From the NCBI RefSeq assembly GCF_009914755.1, contig NC_060927.1: 64,000 nucleotides of DNA; one strand, written 5' to 3'. The DNA is from the human T2T-CHM13v2.0 reference genome, Homo sapiens. The notes beneath the pieces were generated by a model that made no database searches, was not told the DNA's origin, and was given only the letters and a program-made list of their open reading frames with translations. Made by a program: the position numbers and the translations under genes. Below, one piece after another: positions 1-20,890 of the stretch (its first letter is position 1; each line of letters starts with the position of its first letter).

Positions 1-242
1 TCGTTCTGCTACATTAATAGCCAACTCAGTGTAATAATACTAAGTAACTACCAGCTGGTGTGTTAGCAGGCATAGTAAATTATGCCCTCCCTCTATCACA
101 AAGTTTATTCAGATAATTAAAACAACCACACACTTTGTAATATATATTACCAAAGGTTAAATAGGCAATAAGTATTTATACTTCTCTTAGAGGAAAATAC
201 ATTAATTTCAACCTTAAGAGAAAATGTTTCTAACAGACATAG

Positions 243-612
<370 letters not shown>

Positions 613-666
613 TGCGTTTGTCACTTTTAAGCTGAGGCAGTTAAAAACAAGTACACCACCTCCATT

Positions 667-702
<36 letters not shown>

Positions 703-1514
703 AGGAACTTTGGATGCTATGTGTTCCAGATGGTATAACTAAAGATGAAAGAGATTTATGCAAACCACACTGAACTTTATATGGTTAAGAAATAATCTCT
801 TATTTTGCCAAGCCATCAAGATTTAGAAATTTGAAAATCAATTTGGAGATTTGAGGATTAATGTGTTATCACTTCATAGACCATCTTATCTTAACTAATA
901 TAAAGGTATGAAACATTTAAACTAATACCTGTAACAGAGGTTATTCAATAATGTGCTTGTTTCTTTGTTAATAATAAAAATCAGAGGGCTCTAATAAAAG
1001 CAAAAACACATAGATAAAATAGAGTTGTTCAGGTTTATTCCTTGAATAAAATAACCAATAAAACAAAAGGGCAAAAGAAAAAAAAACAAAGGCGGTTTTT
1101 TAAATATTAGAGACTAGCTATTGAGAAAAAAAAAACACTTTTCTAAATTATCCTTTAAATGGAAAAATTAAGACCCTGCAAAGCTTTATGATAGTTCAAT
1201 TCATGATTCTAAAAAAGGGAAACAAAATCATAAAGTATGTTAAAACTTGAATAGTCTTTGGATAGATCACCTGGCATGACTGGGAGGATGACAAAGAGGA
1301 ATTGTCTTTCAAACAGAAGGACCAGCATGTGAAAAGGCCATAGGGGAGAAGGGACAGAGAATGGTCCATTTTGAGAGGAGAAGCAGGGAAAGGTCAGTTG
1401 TAGGAAGAGATAAGGCTGGAATCCCCTAGATTTTGAGCTTTGCATGCCAAATTCAGATTGCAGAAACAGTGATAGGAGACAAAAAGCAGCAGCTGATGCT
1501 TTTAAAATTGATTT

Positions 1515-1832
1515 TATAGAAGCAAATTGCCATGTTATGGTGAGGGCCACATGGCGGGAATGGTGAGAGGTCTCAGGAGCTGAGGGCCTCAATCCTACAC
1601 TTGTGAGGAACTGAATTCTCCCAACAATCAGGAAGCCTGGAAGTGGACTTCAAGCTTCAAATGAGATCTCAACCATGACCAACCCATTGATTTTAGCCTT
1701 GTGAGATTCTGAGCAACTTAACTGGATTTGTGCCTGGACTTTTGACCTATGCAACTGTGAGATAATAAATTGTGTTTTCCTAAGCTGTTAAATTTTTGGT
1801 AATGTGTTACAAAGCAATAGAAAATGAATACA
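1515..1832 (+). mobile_element. MLT1-family MaLR LTR fragment
   Basis: Typical MLT1 3' end ...aataaattgtg...gttacaaagcaatagaaaatgaataca. Confidence 0.65.
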
Positions 1833-4050
1833 AAAAGAGATAGCATAATTTTTAATCAGGCTGAATGTGGTAATATTGCTGCTTTCATTCCATTTGCTAG
1901 CTAGGGCTGCCAGCTTCCGTTCTAACAGTTGGCTTGGTTGGCTAATGCCATCCTAGACCAATCTTGGCACACACCAAATAACATTGAAAAGCCAGACATT
2001 CCTTGGCATAATGTAACAGAAAGAATTCAAAAAGACTAGGAGACAGAAATTCTGGCTTGAATTTTTTACGTCACCCCTACCTATTCTCTCCTCCTCAATC
2101 ATCCCCACTCTCCCCCAATATAGAAGAGAAGACTACATTTTCACTGATCCTGTGAAAAACGATTATTGGAGAAACCACTGGAATTTTTAATAAGCATTTT
2201 ACTGGCAGTTCTCCCTAGATCAAACATGCTGGTGGGAGGGACAGCAATGGAAATGAGCCCCCAGATTTCAAGTGGAATGGGAAGAAACAGGGGTGGCTGA
2301 GCTTAGTTAGCAGCTCTTACTCACCTGAACAAAAACTGGGGTGTGTGTAGTGATCACATTTTGGAGAAAGGATTAACAAGCAGAGATCTCACGAGATTGA
2401 GATGAATAGACAACCCACCGATTTCTTCACTGTTTCATGCACAAACTCCCTATACTAGCAAATAGAGGCTGTACTTCAACCACAATAAAAATAAATCACT
2501 GCCTCTCCTTAATCACCAATTTTGAGTTATCTGACTGATCCAGAACCTCTTGAGTGAAGGAGAGGAGAGAGGCCCTTAAGGAAGTATCCTTCTGTTACAG
2601 TTTCATACTATAAGCTTTTCTCCCAGTTTCTCCAAACTAAAGTATCTTACCTGAATAACTACACTGAAGAGAAACATCCCAAAAACCTTTAGTGATTATT
2701 AGATAGTGGGCTTTGAGGAAGCAAAATGTCTAAGACCTAATGTATGCTGATTAAGGTATGCTGGTTGGAATTGAGGCTTATGTAAGTCAGCTGATAAGCA
2801 GAATTCTGTCCTAAAACCATCTAACTATAGGCCTAATCAGACTCAAACCCAAAGCTTTCATTCCTTCCCTAGGACTGAGAGCAGTGGACTCTCAGTGGAC
2901 TCTTCAGCAAGAGTTTGGTCATGTTGGAACATTCCTGCAGAAGTGAGAGAAGTTGTTATGTACCTGAGTGTCCATCACTAAGGTAGAAGAATAAATTTTG
3001 GTAGATGTCTTATTTTTGAGGCATATTCCATTTTAAGGTTTTCTACTATGATCTATTTACCACAGGAGTCGAAAGGCTGCCAAATATAGATGGGAACCAT
3101 AGTAAGAGAATGCTCTCCAGCTAGTTCAAAGTTCAAATCAAGTGGTCTGTCACTTGGCCTAGCCAATGATCCATCAGATCCAATTGTGCTCAAATTTTCT
3201 GAAGAGCAAGGTCCTCTTCAGAAGCTGCAGCAAGTTCCAGAAGAGAAATTTCAGTAGAGATCTCCACGATTTGTGCAAGTCTCATTTCCTTCAGCAAGCA
3301 ATTCGTTTTCTTTTGAGAAACTGCTCTTGGGTTTTTTGTTGTTTGTTTGTTTTTTGGGACTTAAGTGGAGTCTGAAAATCTGACTATCTGACACCTGGTG
3401 ACCATGAGATGTAAACAGCTCATCATAAGCGGGATGCTGTCTTTTCCATTGAGCTATGTAGTTGTGATAGCATAAACCATGCTCAACTGTTATAAATAAG
3501 ATGAGCCTAAAGGCATAACTTAGTTGCCAACACAGGTTGGTCACTCTCTTGACTTCCTCCTCACCCTCAAACCCCCTCATTGGTCTCATAAGAAGAGATC
3601 TATGACCAACTAATCTCTGGCTTACAGATGTGTTAATCTGTCTGCATCACTACAAAGGAATACTTGAGGGTGGATAATTTATAAAGAAAAGGAGTTTAAT
3701 AGGATCACCATTCTGCAGGCTGTACAAGAAGCATGGTGCCAGCATCTACTCCTGGTGAGGGCCTCAGGAAGCTTCCAATCATGGTAGAAGGCAAAAGGGG
3801 AGCAGTGGATCACATGGCCAGAATGGGAGCGCGAGCTAGAAGGAGAGGTCCCAGACTTTAAACAACCAGATCTCACGTGAACCTCTGTGAATCTCATATG
3901 AGAAGTCACTCATCACCTAGGGGCTGGTGCTAAGTTATTCATAAGGGACCTACCCCCATGACCAAAACACCTCCCACCAGGCACCACCTCCTACAATGGA
4001 GGTGCCTTCCCTCCCCTCCCCTTCCGTTCCCTTTCCTTTTCTTTCTTTTC

Positions 4051-6140
<2,090 letters not shown>

Positions 6141-7743
6141 AGAAGTCACTTTTCAACATGAGATATGGAGGGGACAAAACATCCTAACCATATCAACAGA
6201 CGCCTCTCTGTGGTATACCAATATGAGCCAGATGTATACCTCCTATAAAGCTACAGCCAAAAACTAACAAACTAACCTCTCTCAGGGGTGGTCCTGAGAG
6301 GCACTGGAGAAGCAAAACCCTCACTATGGGCAGACATATAAGTGGCATTTCTCATTGTTCACTTTGCCTACAATGAGAAATTGCCTGAGATGGTTGCAAA
6401 TGGTCTTTCCAGAGGTTCAGTGACTTGTAAAGAGGTAGATCACAGGCTTAGGGACGAAGTTCAAGCAAGAATTGTCCCAGAGATGAGAATGTTTGTGTTC
6501 CAGGTGAACATTCACAAGACAGCACCACACCAGAGAAGTTATTAGTAATAATGATGGCAGAATGACCTACTTAATGACCATCAGTTATGTTTCCTCTCAA
6601 GACTATCTAGTGCAAGGACCACAAACTAAAAATTCTAAGTGTCCAGTAGGCAGCATAAACAAAGGAAGATAATTTGGTTAAAGACAATGGGAGATGCTCA
6701 GCATTGTAGCAAACTGCAGCGGGCACATTCTATCTAAAGAAGGCAGATCACCACACCTGTAATCCCAGCACTTTGGGAGGCCAAGGCGGGTGGATCACAA
6801 TGTCAGGAGTTCAACACCAGCCTGGCCAACATGGTGGAACCCCATCTCTACTAAAAATACAAAAATTAGCTGGGCGTGGTGGCAACATGCCTGTAGTCCC
6901 AGCCACTCAGGAGGCTGAGGCAGGGCGACAGAGCAAGACTCTGTTCCAAAAAAAAAAAAAAAAAAGAAGAAGGCAGCTCACAATCAGCTTCAGCTGAATC
7001 TTACCATGTTGGGATGTGCGCCAGTGTTGTCAGATGTTCCTTCATTGTTTCTCAAGAGAAGCCATAAAACCAAATGTTGACATGAAATGTTCCAATTTTT
7101 GAAACGTATAAGGGCCAAACACAGAAGTTTATAGGCCACATATGGCTTTCGGGTTGCCCCCAGTCTAATGTTTATCCAATATTTATTTAAAAAGGAAGCC
7201 ACAGTGGCAAGGATGGAGGCTACACATTGGCCACACTGGATCTGCCACATGAACTTTCCTTCACTAAGGCCCACCCAGACTCTCCTTATAAAAGTAAAAA
7301 CACCAAATTTTTCTGCAGGATTGCTATTCCTCGAGCTGCTAAAAGTTGAACATATCACATAGTTCAATCAGATTATCCGGTAGATTGTTGATTAAGAAGG
7401 GCTCTTCCATCATGGAGGAGCAGCATAGGTAGAGACACTTATTGGGATTTAATTTTTCTGTCAGCACAACTATTGGTAGACTTATTCAATGCTTTATGCT
7501 AAGCCACACAACACTACCTCTAAGGATTTAACACCACAATTAAAACAAATCAGTGGAAGGATTATAGTTTTCCTTGGCCTTAGTGTATATCCTAATATCT
7601 GGAAGGAGCTAACCTTATGGAATGATGAACTCACCAATTATAGAGGGCTCACTCACTGTAAGACACAACACTATCTTTCAAAATATGGTTTTAAAAAATA
7701 TGGTATGTTCTCTGTACCAGCAATCATTAAAATATAGTGCTAT

Positions 7744-8055
7744 CTAGGCATAGTGGCTCACACCTGTAATCCCAGCACTTTGGGAAGCTGAGGCCAGAGA
7801 ATCCCTTGAGTCCAGGAGTTTAAGATCAGCCTGGGAAACATAGCAAGATCTCATCTCTACTAAAAATCAAAAAGAACATTAGTTGGTGTAATGGCATGCA
7901 CCTATAGTCCTAGTTACTTGGGAGGCTGAGGTGGAAGGATCCCTTGAACCTGGCAGGTCGAGGCTGCAGTGAGACATGATTGTGCTACTGCACTCCTCCA
8001 GCCCATGCAACAGAATGAGGCCCTGTCTCAAAAAATAAATAAATAAATAAATAAA
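7744..8055 (+). mobile_element. AluJ-like, directly upstream of the Y4 copy
   Basis: Alu consensus with (TAAA)n tail. Confidence 0.88.
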
Positions 8056-8063
8056 AGATTGTA

Positions 8064-8155
8064 GGCTGGTCCAATAGTAGTGGGTTATCAGAACTTGTTA
8101 ATATTAGTATCATTAAGTTGATACACAACCTCCAACTGGCAAATTTGACTGGCTT
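8064..8155 (+). pseudogene. Y4 RNA (RNY4) retropseudogene
   Basis: GGCTGGTCCAATAGTAGTGGGTTATCAGAACTT...AAATTTGACTGGCTT matches hY4; followed by an A-rich tail. Confidence 0.9.
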
Positions 8156-8260
8156 AAAATAAAATAAAATACAGCACTATTTTACTAAAGCCAAAATACA
8201 CAGATCCAGAATAAAGGGAAAAAGGAAAGAAGTACTTGTCATGATATGATGTTTAATGAC

Positions 8261-8689
8261 TGCTATGGCTGACCCCAAAAGATGCTGAAGTTGTAATTCC
8301 CTAGTACCTGTAAATATGACCTTATTTGGAAATAGGGTCTTTGCAGATGATCAAATTAAGATGAGGTCATTAGGGTAGGCCTTAATCCAGTGAGTCTGGT
8401 GTCCTTATAAAAAGGGGAAATGTGGGCACAGAGACAGACATGTACAGAGGGAAAACGATGTGAAGACACAGGAATAATGCCACCCCAAAGCCAAGGAACA
8501 TCTGAGGTTACCAGGAGCTAGGAGAAAGCATGAAACATATTCTCCCCTCACAGCCCTCAGAAGAAACCAACCTTCCTGATACCTTGATTTTGGACTTCTA
8601 GACTTCAAAATTGTGAGACCACAACTTTCTGTTGTTTAAACCACCTACTTTGTGGTACTTTATTATGGCAGTCCTAGGGGACTAATACA
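8261..8689 (+). mobile_element. MLT1B/C-like MaLR LTR
   Basis: gaccttatttggaaatagggtctttgcagatg...gactaataca. Confidence 0.8.
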
Positions 8690-10469
8690 GTTACCTAATC
8701 TCAAATTTTTTACATTCCGTCCTCACAACTGCATTCGGCTCACCTACAAATTTGGAAACCAAGAATGGTTTCCAAGGAATGCATTCACTAGGGGATCTAA
8801 CATATTTTCCACTGAATTATAAGCTCAGACTGCTGTGTTGCCATTTGAAGCTCTTTACCTGCTGAAAAAAAATAAAGAAATAAAAATCAGAGGATTATGT
8901 TAGAAGGAAGACAATAATCCAGGCAAAATAGTGTTGTTGCCACATACTAATCAGGGTTAGGTGTGAAGCCCCTCCAGGATGACTACTGTCCACAGGAGAA
9001 ATAGGAAAAGAAACAATGGATGGACCACCCACAGGTAGGGACAATAAGGGCTCGGATTCTTCCTGAATATGCTATGGTTCATCTTATTGAGCAAACACAA
9101 ACATGAGGCACTTGCATCCTGAGGGCAAGAGAGCTATGAAATGGGTAGGGAAAGAGTCATAAATACCAGCTCATGCTTGTAACCAAGGGAGAGAAAGGCA
9201 AGCCCTAAAACCATTACCTGTATTCCCTTGCCTGTTTTTTTTGTTTTTGCTTTTGTTTTCTTTTTTTTTTTTTTTTTTTGCATATAAGATGTGTTGGTAC
9301 ACTATAATGTATCATTTTATCCATAAAGCATAGCACAGAAATACAGGAATCATGGCCATCACTTGATGATACCTAGGAAATGGAAGCCTCAAGCCTTCCT
9401 CTCTGAATGTGGTGCCTGGAACCAATTGAGGAGAGGGTTCTTTCTCTGTGCAGTAGTTATTTGCATTATATCAGATAAATATTTTCAAATGGTGTGTATG
9501 GAAAGAAGGGCAAGTGTATTTGTTAGACAGCCAATAATTAGAATATGTAGACTTTTCTTATTTCTGTGTCCTTCCCAGCATCCATTCTTTTGTGGGAACT
9601 GTTCTTCCGGCACTCTGTGCAATTCTAGTGAGCTGTCGATCACAGGACTCCAGTGCCAGGCTAAGCCAAAATGATCAGGGCCTCCTAGGAATTTGAGCTG
9701 TTCACAGAGACACATAGGACTGGAAGACAGAATTGAGTCATCTGATTGGCAGCTCCTCAAGTACTGTCACATGAGTTCCCACTGTATAGGTCACCTAAAT
9801 GTTCGCATTCCTTCTGTAGGCCTGGCTTCTGTAGGCCTGGCTGTTCAGCTAGCCATTCAGTAGCCTTCCAATAAATTATTTAACTGCTCCTTCCTTCCTT
9901 CCTCTCTTTTTTCTTTTCCTTTTTTCTTTCCTTTAGTTAGCAATAGTTCATTACTGTTGCTTATAGGCAAAGAATACTGTATTATCAGGCATAATATTTT
10001 GAAGGTTTAAGTATGTATATAGATCGCTCAAGCTGCAAAAATATAAACTTGATGAACAGAAAAGGTCTATTGTTTCTTAGCACAGAATTAATAGTAAGAG
10101 AATGTGGCATAGGGTTTGATGTTGTATTACTGTATATTAGAAATTGTTTCTAACTCTTCCAGCACAAACTCCAACTGTAACCTAACCTTGATAAAATCTC
10201 TCCATCAGTGCAACATTTTGGACTTTTTAGTAAAGATAATTTAAGAAAAGATAAGCCTTCATAACTAGTAAAAGGAATAGTTAGAGAAAGAAAGAAGAGG
10301 GTACAAAAGAGGAGGAAAATATGAGTCAGTAGTGTCTAGAGTAGCCTGCACTGGCCCAGGGTGGCAGTCTAGATAAGGCCAAATTAGCACAGCCAAAGGG
10401 ACATCCTCTTTCTCCTATTTCCTCACCACATGCCTTAAGTGGGAAATGATTAAAATATGTAGACAGTAT

Positions 10470-13014
<2,545 letters not shown>

Positions 13015-13739
13015 TTACAACTTTAGAAAACAAATTAACTGACCACTAAAATGTACTAATTGCCTTGGTATTCCTTATATATTTTTCAGAGAAAACTCAA
13101 TATCCTGTCTTGAATCCGGGCATAAGGACATAAAGAACCTGAAACACAAAGATAAAGAATTCATGCCACCACCTCAGATCAGTGGCATGCAGTGTTAAAA
13201 AATCCTCAGTACAAACGATCTGAGAAATAGAATACAGTATTTAACAGTCCTTTTGATTTCAGGGTTAGAAAGTGACATATATCTACTGCTATACAAACCC
13301 TCAGTCATCCTAAAACATTTCGTTAATGTGAGACAAGCAAACCAAGCTCAAAGTCCAGAAATTGCAAAAGGGAGGCAGGTTTCAGGAGACGGGTGCAGGT
13401 TGGGGGCAGGCGCTTGGACAAAGGGAAGACACAGTGTGTTACCTTTTCTTCCCTACTCATAAGCTAGAATCTGCTCATCCTAGTTCTCTGACTGGGAACT
13501 TCAGCTTTGAAGGGAAATGGGCAGGTGTTCTCATCCCTCCATTGATACTTAGTGTCATCTAGGTTCTTAGATCTGTCCTGTAGGCAATACATTCTCGCAA
13601 CTGTGCAAATAGTGATCCTGCCCCACCATTGCACTGCCTGCTCTATCCACGGCTGTTTCCATCCGCTGGGTGTCTGTCGGTACTTACTGGAAACTTTCTA
13701 GGAGGCTGCAGCTCTAGAGAAGAAAATCCTACCAACCAG

Positions 13740-14230
13740 GGCACGCAGTTCAGTCGACAATGCTGGGGAAGGGAGAAGAGACGCTATTGATTACTCACAG
13801 TTTGCCTCTGAGACGGGAAGCACTAGGAGGAGACACGCCAGCAGCGCCCCGCAGCGCCCACCCAGGACCCTCATTTCGAAGCGCGCGGAGGCGCCGGCAG
13901 GGACGGTGGCGCGTCGCGGCGGGGACCGGAGCGCTAGGCGCCGCGGAGCTGCGAGCCTGTGCGCCTCGGTCTGAGCCGTGCTGCGCGGCGGCGCCAGCGA
14001 CCCAGCGAGCCTCGGCGGAACAGCCGGGGGCGGAGGAGACCGCCCGCTCCCAGCGCCCAGCCCGAGAGGGGAAGTGATAACAAGGACATTTCCAGGAAGC
14101 TTTTCGGAGCTGGGGGATGGGCTCTAGTGTTGGAGGCCTAGTAAACACTGCTGAGACATCCTTCTTCACCAGCTCCCTAGTTGCTGCTTTTCCTCCACAG
14201 TGTGACGTTTCCAAAGGGGAAGGGGTGGGG
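13740..14230 (-). promoter_or_regulatory. PROS1: PROS1 CpG-island promoter/5'UTR
   Basis: CpG-dense, no TATA seen; GC boxes (~14025-14050), STAT consensus TTCCAGGAA 14090-14098, forkhead GTAAACA 14141-14147, CRE-like TGACGT 14203-14208. Confidence 0.85.
13799..13874 (-). CDS. PROS1: Protein S (vitamin K-dependent), coding exon 1 (signal peptide); rest of the gene lies left of the window
   Basis: Minus strand from ATG at 13874 reads MRVLGGRCGALLACLLLVLPVSEAN+T (76 nt), followed by donor GTGAGTAA (plus-strand ttactcac 13791-13798); matches the known PROS1 N-terminus. Confidence 0.97.
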
Positions 14231-14528
14231 AACGCAGTTCTCTGACTGGTCAAGACAACTTCCAGGGTTCAAGAGGACAGGATCCCTAGGTTCAGAAGCA
14301 GAAACAGTGAGACACTGAGTTGTCCCTGAAGATATTAACCAAAACCTGGAAGTCAATGAGGACTTTAGGAAGAACTATGGTGATAGTAAAAGCAAATGGG
14401 GTCATTTTGATCATCCACATGTTTTTTCGGTCTTGTATGCCATACAGGCATAAAAATAATGTAAAGAACATGAAGAAAAGAAGGGAATATTAGAATAATC
14501 TACCTTAAAAAAAATCTTGCTCCGATAA

Positions 14529-15216
<688 letters not shown>

Positions 15217-16349
15217 TGAATATCTTTTTAATACCACAAATTTGCATCACATTGCCAGTAATAATTGTCAACACTGAAAATTTATGTGTCCTACACTGTA
15301 ACGTCAAACTTTGTAAAACCATCTGGAATCTATTAATATACAATTTGACAATACATCTTTCAATAAAATTCTGGGTTTTTAATTAATCTCAGAAGTTAAC
15401 TTTGTGAAAGTGATATCTGGCTTTAGCTCAATATGAATTGACACTTGGTAATCTCATTTAGCCAAAGTTTGGTTTTGATACAGACCTTAATATACAATTA
15501 AAACCTGTCCAAAATTTAACTCTTAATCTAGTCTCATTCATAATCTTAATCCCATCATTTTTCCAGTGTTACACTTCTCCATATCATCTTCTACCAACAT
15601 AGTGTCTACTTATCCACTTCTTCATCTGTCTTCACCAGTAGAATGTAAGATTCATGAGAGCAGGAATTTTTAAAGGTTTTGTTCACAACTATATTACTAG
15701 TGCTTAAAACAGTGACTGGTACATAAACGTTTCATTCTATTTAAGTCAACAGTGTGTGCCTGGGAATATTTATGCCAAAATATCAACAATTATCCTGAAA
15801 TGACAGTGTTAACTAGAATCATAGCAGCATGACTCTTTTCATCATTCAGAATAAACCAGATTACACACTAAAAAGCCAGAAAATTACAGTGTTTTAGATA
15901 AGAAGTGTTTATTTCTTGCTCATTGGAAGTCTACTACAAGTCTGCATGACTTTCCAAGTAACTATCTTCCATGTGTGAACTCAGCAATTCATGCTGCTTT
16001 GATTTTACAATCCCTCAAAGTCAACATAGTCTTCTACAATTACCATTGCAAGAGAAGAGAGAACATTGAGAATTGTGCCCCAGCTCTTAAATACTTTTAC
16101 CAAGAAGTGACATACCACTTACATTTCATTAGACAAAGCAAGGCACGAGGTATGCCTGACTTGAAGAGGGTGGGAATAACTGTTATTTCATGTGCCTGTA
16201 AGGAAAGAGAACTAGACATGGTGAGCAGCACTTATGGCTACCAAACCACTTAAGATATTCAAAAACTAAGAGTCAGCTTTGCTAAGGGACTGCATGTTGG
16301 CACCAGGAATGCTCGGTAATGTTATCACTAGCAGAAATGGGGAAGGCAT

Positions 16350-16925
16350 GAAGTAGAGCAGATGCTTTAATAGTATTGTTTCATTATGACATGGCTGAGA
16401 AAAATAAAATCAACTACTGGCCCAGGCCACTGTGTGTATGGAGTTTGCATGTTCTCCCCACGTCTGCATGGGTTTTCTCCAGGTACTCCATTTTCCTCCC
16501 ACATCTGAAAGATGTGGATGTTAGGTGAATTGGTGTGTTTAAACTGTCCCAGTCTAAGTGAGTGTGGGCATGTATGAGAGCACCCTGTGATGGAATGGTG
16601 TCCTGTCAAGGGCTAGTTCTCACCTTTTACCCTGAGATGCCACCTATGATCCTGAACTGGAATAAGTGGACAAATAATTATCTTACTTGTTGTTATTCAT
16701 CTTTCTTAATGTATAGCTCACATTTATTTCAATGTTTACTATTACTAGTGGTTCCATCTTTATTTTGAAGTTTGGTGATGTTTTTGTGACCAGAAATGTG
16801 CCACAGGAACTTAATTGATTTATATCAATTTGTCTGTGGTAAAATTGGTTTTATTGTATGTTATTTTGTTTAAAATTATAGTTTCTAAGAACCTCTGGAT
16901 GAAGATAAATGAGGATTTACTGCAA
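16350..16925. mobile_element. MER6-like TcMar-Tigger DNA transposon
   Basis: tgtgtgtatggagtttgcatgttctccccacgtctgcatgggttttctccaggtactcc, the characteristic MER6 core. Confidence 0.7.
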
Positions 16926-17154
16926 AACTGGTGTTGAGTATATATTTGTGAAAAAACAGTCTTGAATATAGTTCTAAAAATGCTCAAGAAACATACACAT
17001 CATGAGATCCTTCAGTCACAGAAATAATAATCAAATTCCATCAAGACAACATGTTTTAAAAAAGAAAAGCAGAGGGGTAAGGTCATATCTTAGAAGTTAC
17101 ATATAGAAATCCAGAGGAGGAATGGCCTGGGAGATCAGAAGAGAACCAGGGGTT

Positions 17155-17257
17155 GTGCTCACTTCATCAGCACATATACAACAATTGGAATGATACAGAG
17201 AAGATTAGCATGGCCCCTGAACAAGGATGACATGCAAATTCATGAAGCGGTCCATAA
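17155..17257 (+). pseudogene. U6 snRNA retropseudogene
   Basis: GTGCTCACTTC...ACAGAGAAGATTAGCATGGCCCCTG...TCCATA, near full-length U6; A-rich tail; 15-bp TSD agaagagaaccaggg at 17137-17151 and 17277-17291. Confidence 0.95.
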
Positions 17258-17810
17258 TAAGTTAAAAAAACAAAGAAGAAGAGAACCAGGGTAGGGTAGT
17301 GCAGTGCATAACTGTGAAAGACCAAGGCAGGAAACAGTTTTAGAAAAGTTAACTATATTATATATATATTAAATAATAGAAAAGAAAACCGATTTGGTAA
17401 TTAGGAAGATATAAGTTATATCAAAAAATATGCTTTCAGTAGTTAGATGGGACAGAAGCCCAATCATAGTAAATGGATCAAAGAGTGAATACAAACAATA
17501 TAACTTTAGGGTTTGCAAGACACTAGTTTAAGAAAGTGAGTCATGAAAGTAGAGTCAGCAGAAACAGTCCTAAATTGGCTTGGAGTTAATGGAGCATTGC
17601 AGTCTTATCCTGCCCTGCTCTCCTGTCTCCCACCATGGATATTTGGAGGTAGGAGGACACATACCATAAGTGTTTATGGGACAGGTGACACCAACTTTAA
17701 AATTTGCTATCTATTATTTATCAGAAATTACACTTGAGCTTCATTTCTCTCATTTCATCACCTTAGCAACCTGGAAAAGTAGGTATTTTAATTTCCATGT
17801 TATAGATAGG

Positions 17811-18454
17811 GTTGTTGGAGCTTAGAAGAAAATATCCCAGAATAAAGGCCTCAGAAGCAAAGTTTCTGTCTCTAACCTTCTGTTCCTCGTCTCTTGCCCC
17901 TCATTCTCCCACTATGCAAGCCATAGAAACTATAATTCCTCTTTCTCCAGGTGCAGTTATAGAAACCACAACCCCCTTTCCCCAAAGCCAGCCACAAACC
18001 CCAAAATATTACTCTAACCTTCTTCCTTTCCATGAAAGACCTGCCCATAAATAAATTCTTTGACTTGCATTGTTTGATAGTACGTCTTAAGACTCCCATT
18101 CTAGAAAGGGTCCTACCCCATACCCTGGAAGAAGGAATGCTGAACAATCAGGTCAAGAGGAATCTGAACAGACAGGCCTTGCTGAGTTTCTCCACACAGT
18201 CTGCTCTCATTAGGTCATATCCTTTTTGACCAATGAGAGTTCTTCAGGGTTTTTCATTCTTCATCGAACCCAAGTATAAAAATGGGTAGTCTTCCCTGCA
18301 TCTTTGCATCTCCATTTGCAAGGTTCCCATGTCACATAAAACTTGGATTAAATAAATTTGTTATGCTTTTCTCTTGCTATTCTTTTTGTTATATGAGTGT
18401 TGGCTGTGACTGTTATGATGAGAAGAAAAGGTATCACCCCCTTTGTTCCCCATA
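17811..18454 (+). mobile_element. MER39-like ERV1 solo LTR between the two promoters
   Basis: aaggcctcagaagcaaagtttc...ccatagaaacta...; TATA-like 18276, AATAAA ~18351. Confidence 0.65.
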
Positions 18455-18519
18455 AGGCACAGTATTTTGGAGATAGCAAGCTGTATGAGATGTATATAAA
18501 TTTGAATTAAAATTACATG

Positions 18520-19524
<1,005 letters not shown>

Positions 19525-20039
19525 CAAATGGTTATCTTTGAGAGCTCCTGTGAGATCTCATTTTCTTCATCTTGTTTCTTTTTAGTATTTTTCACATTTT
19601 CTACAAGAAATGCATTTTTCTTTTGTAATCACAATCCCCCCTACAACAAATATCATACAATTCCGTTTCACATATGTAACAGTAATAAACGTTTTAGAGA
19701 TTAAGGCTTCACTCTCATCTGAACTACTGAGAAAATTTAGCAAGCGAATTTCCCCCTTGTCTTTAACTTACAAGAATTGCCCCAGTGTATTGTTCCTGTA
19801 GTCATGCTGCCTAAGTCGGCCAGAATTCTAGAGGGTCCCCATCCCTGAGCAAAAAACAAACAAACAAAAAACAAGAAAAAAGAAAGAAAGAAAAAGAAAA
19901 ACCCATGCACAAGACCTGAGATCTCTGAATCTCAGTTGGGGACACTGGAGAAAGGAAAGGAACAGCACCGTGGATTGGCAACACATTTTATGTAGGTATA
20001 AAGATAGGCCTTGCTGGAGATTTGTCCCGGATCCTCCAG

Positions 20040-20750
<711 letters not shown>

Positions 20751-20852
20751 AGGGAGAGATTGGAGGATGTAGCCTTGTTGTCTGGTCGACTTTCTGTTGC
20801 GATTGACAATGCTTACCGTTGTTATATTTTAAATAGGTTTGAATTTGTTAAA

Positions 20853-20854
<2 letters not shown>

Positions 20855-20888
<34 letters not shown>
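20855..20888. repeat. (GT)17 microsatellite about 245 bp into ARL13B intron 1
   Basis: Direct count. Confidence 0.95.

Positions 20889-20890
<2 letters not shown>

Noticed and set aside
671-704. T30 followed by GCAG resembling a splice acceptor
   Set aside because: It is on the strand opposite PROS1 with no supporting exon; a simple homopolymer, at most an oligo-dT internal-priming site
9811-9840. 15-bp tandem duplication (similar short duplications near 23495, 29565 and 60330)
   Set aside because: Ordinary slippage duplications with no array or CRISPR-like periodicity
13760-14253. 105-aa and 152-aa ORFs over the PROS1 promoter (and the 105-aa antisense ORF at 20416-20733)
   Set aside because: Stop-poor GC-rich CpG-island sequence, low-complexity translations, and not the PROS1/ARL13B reading frames
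17155-17257. U6 copy as an active snRNA gene
   Set aside because: TSD and A-tail, CpG decay, loss of the terminal T-run, and no upstream PSE/TATA evident
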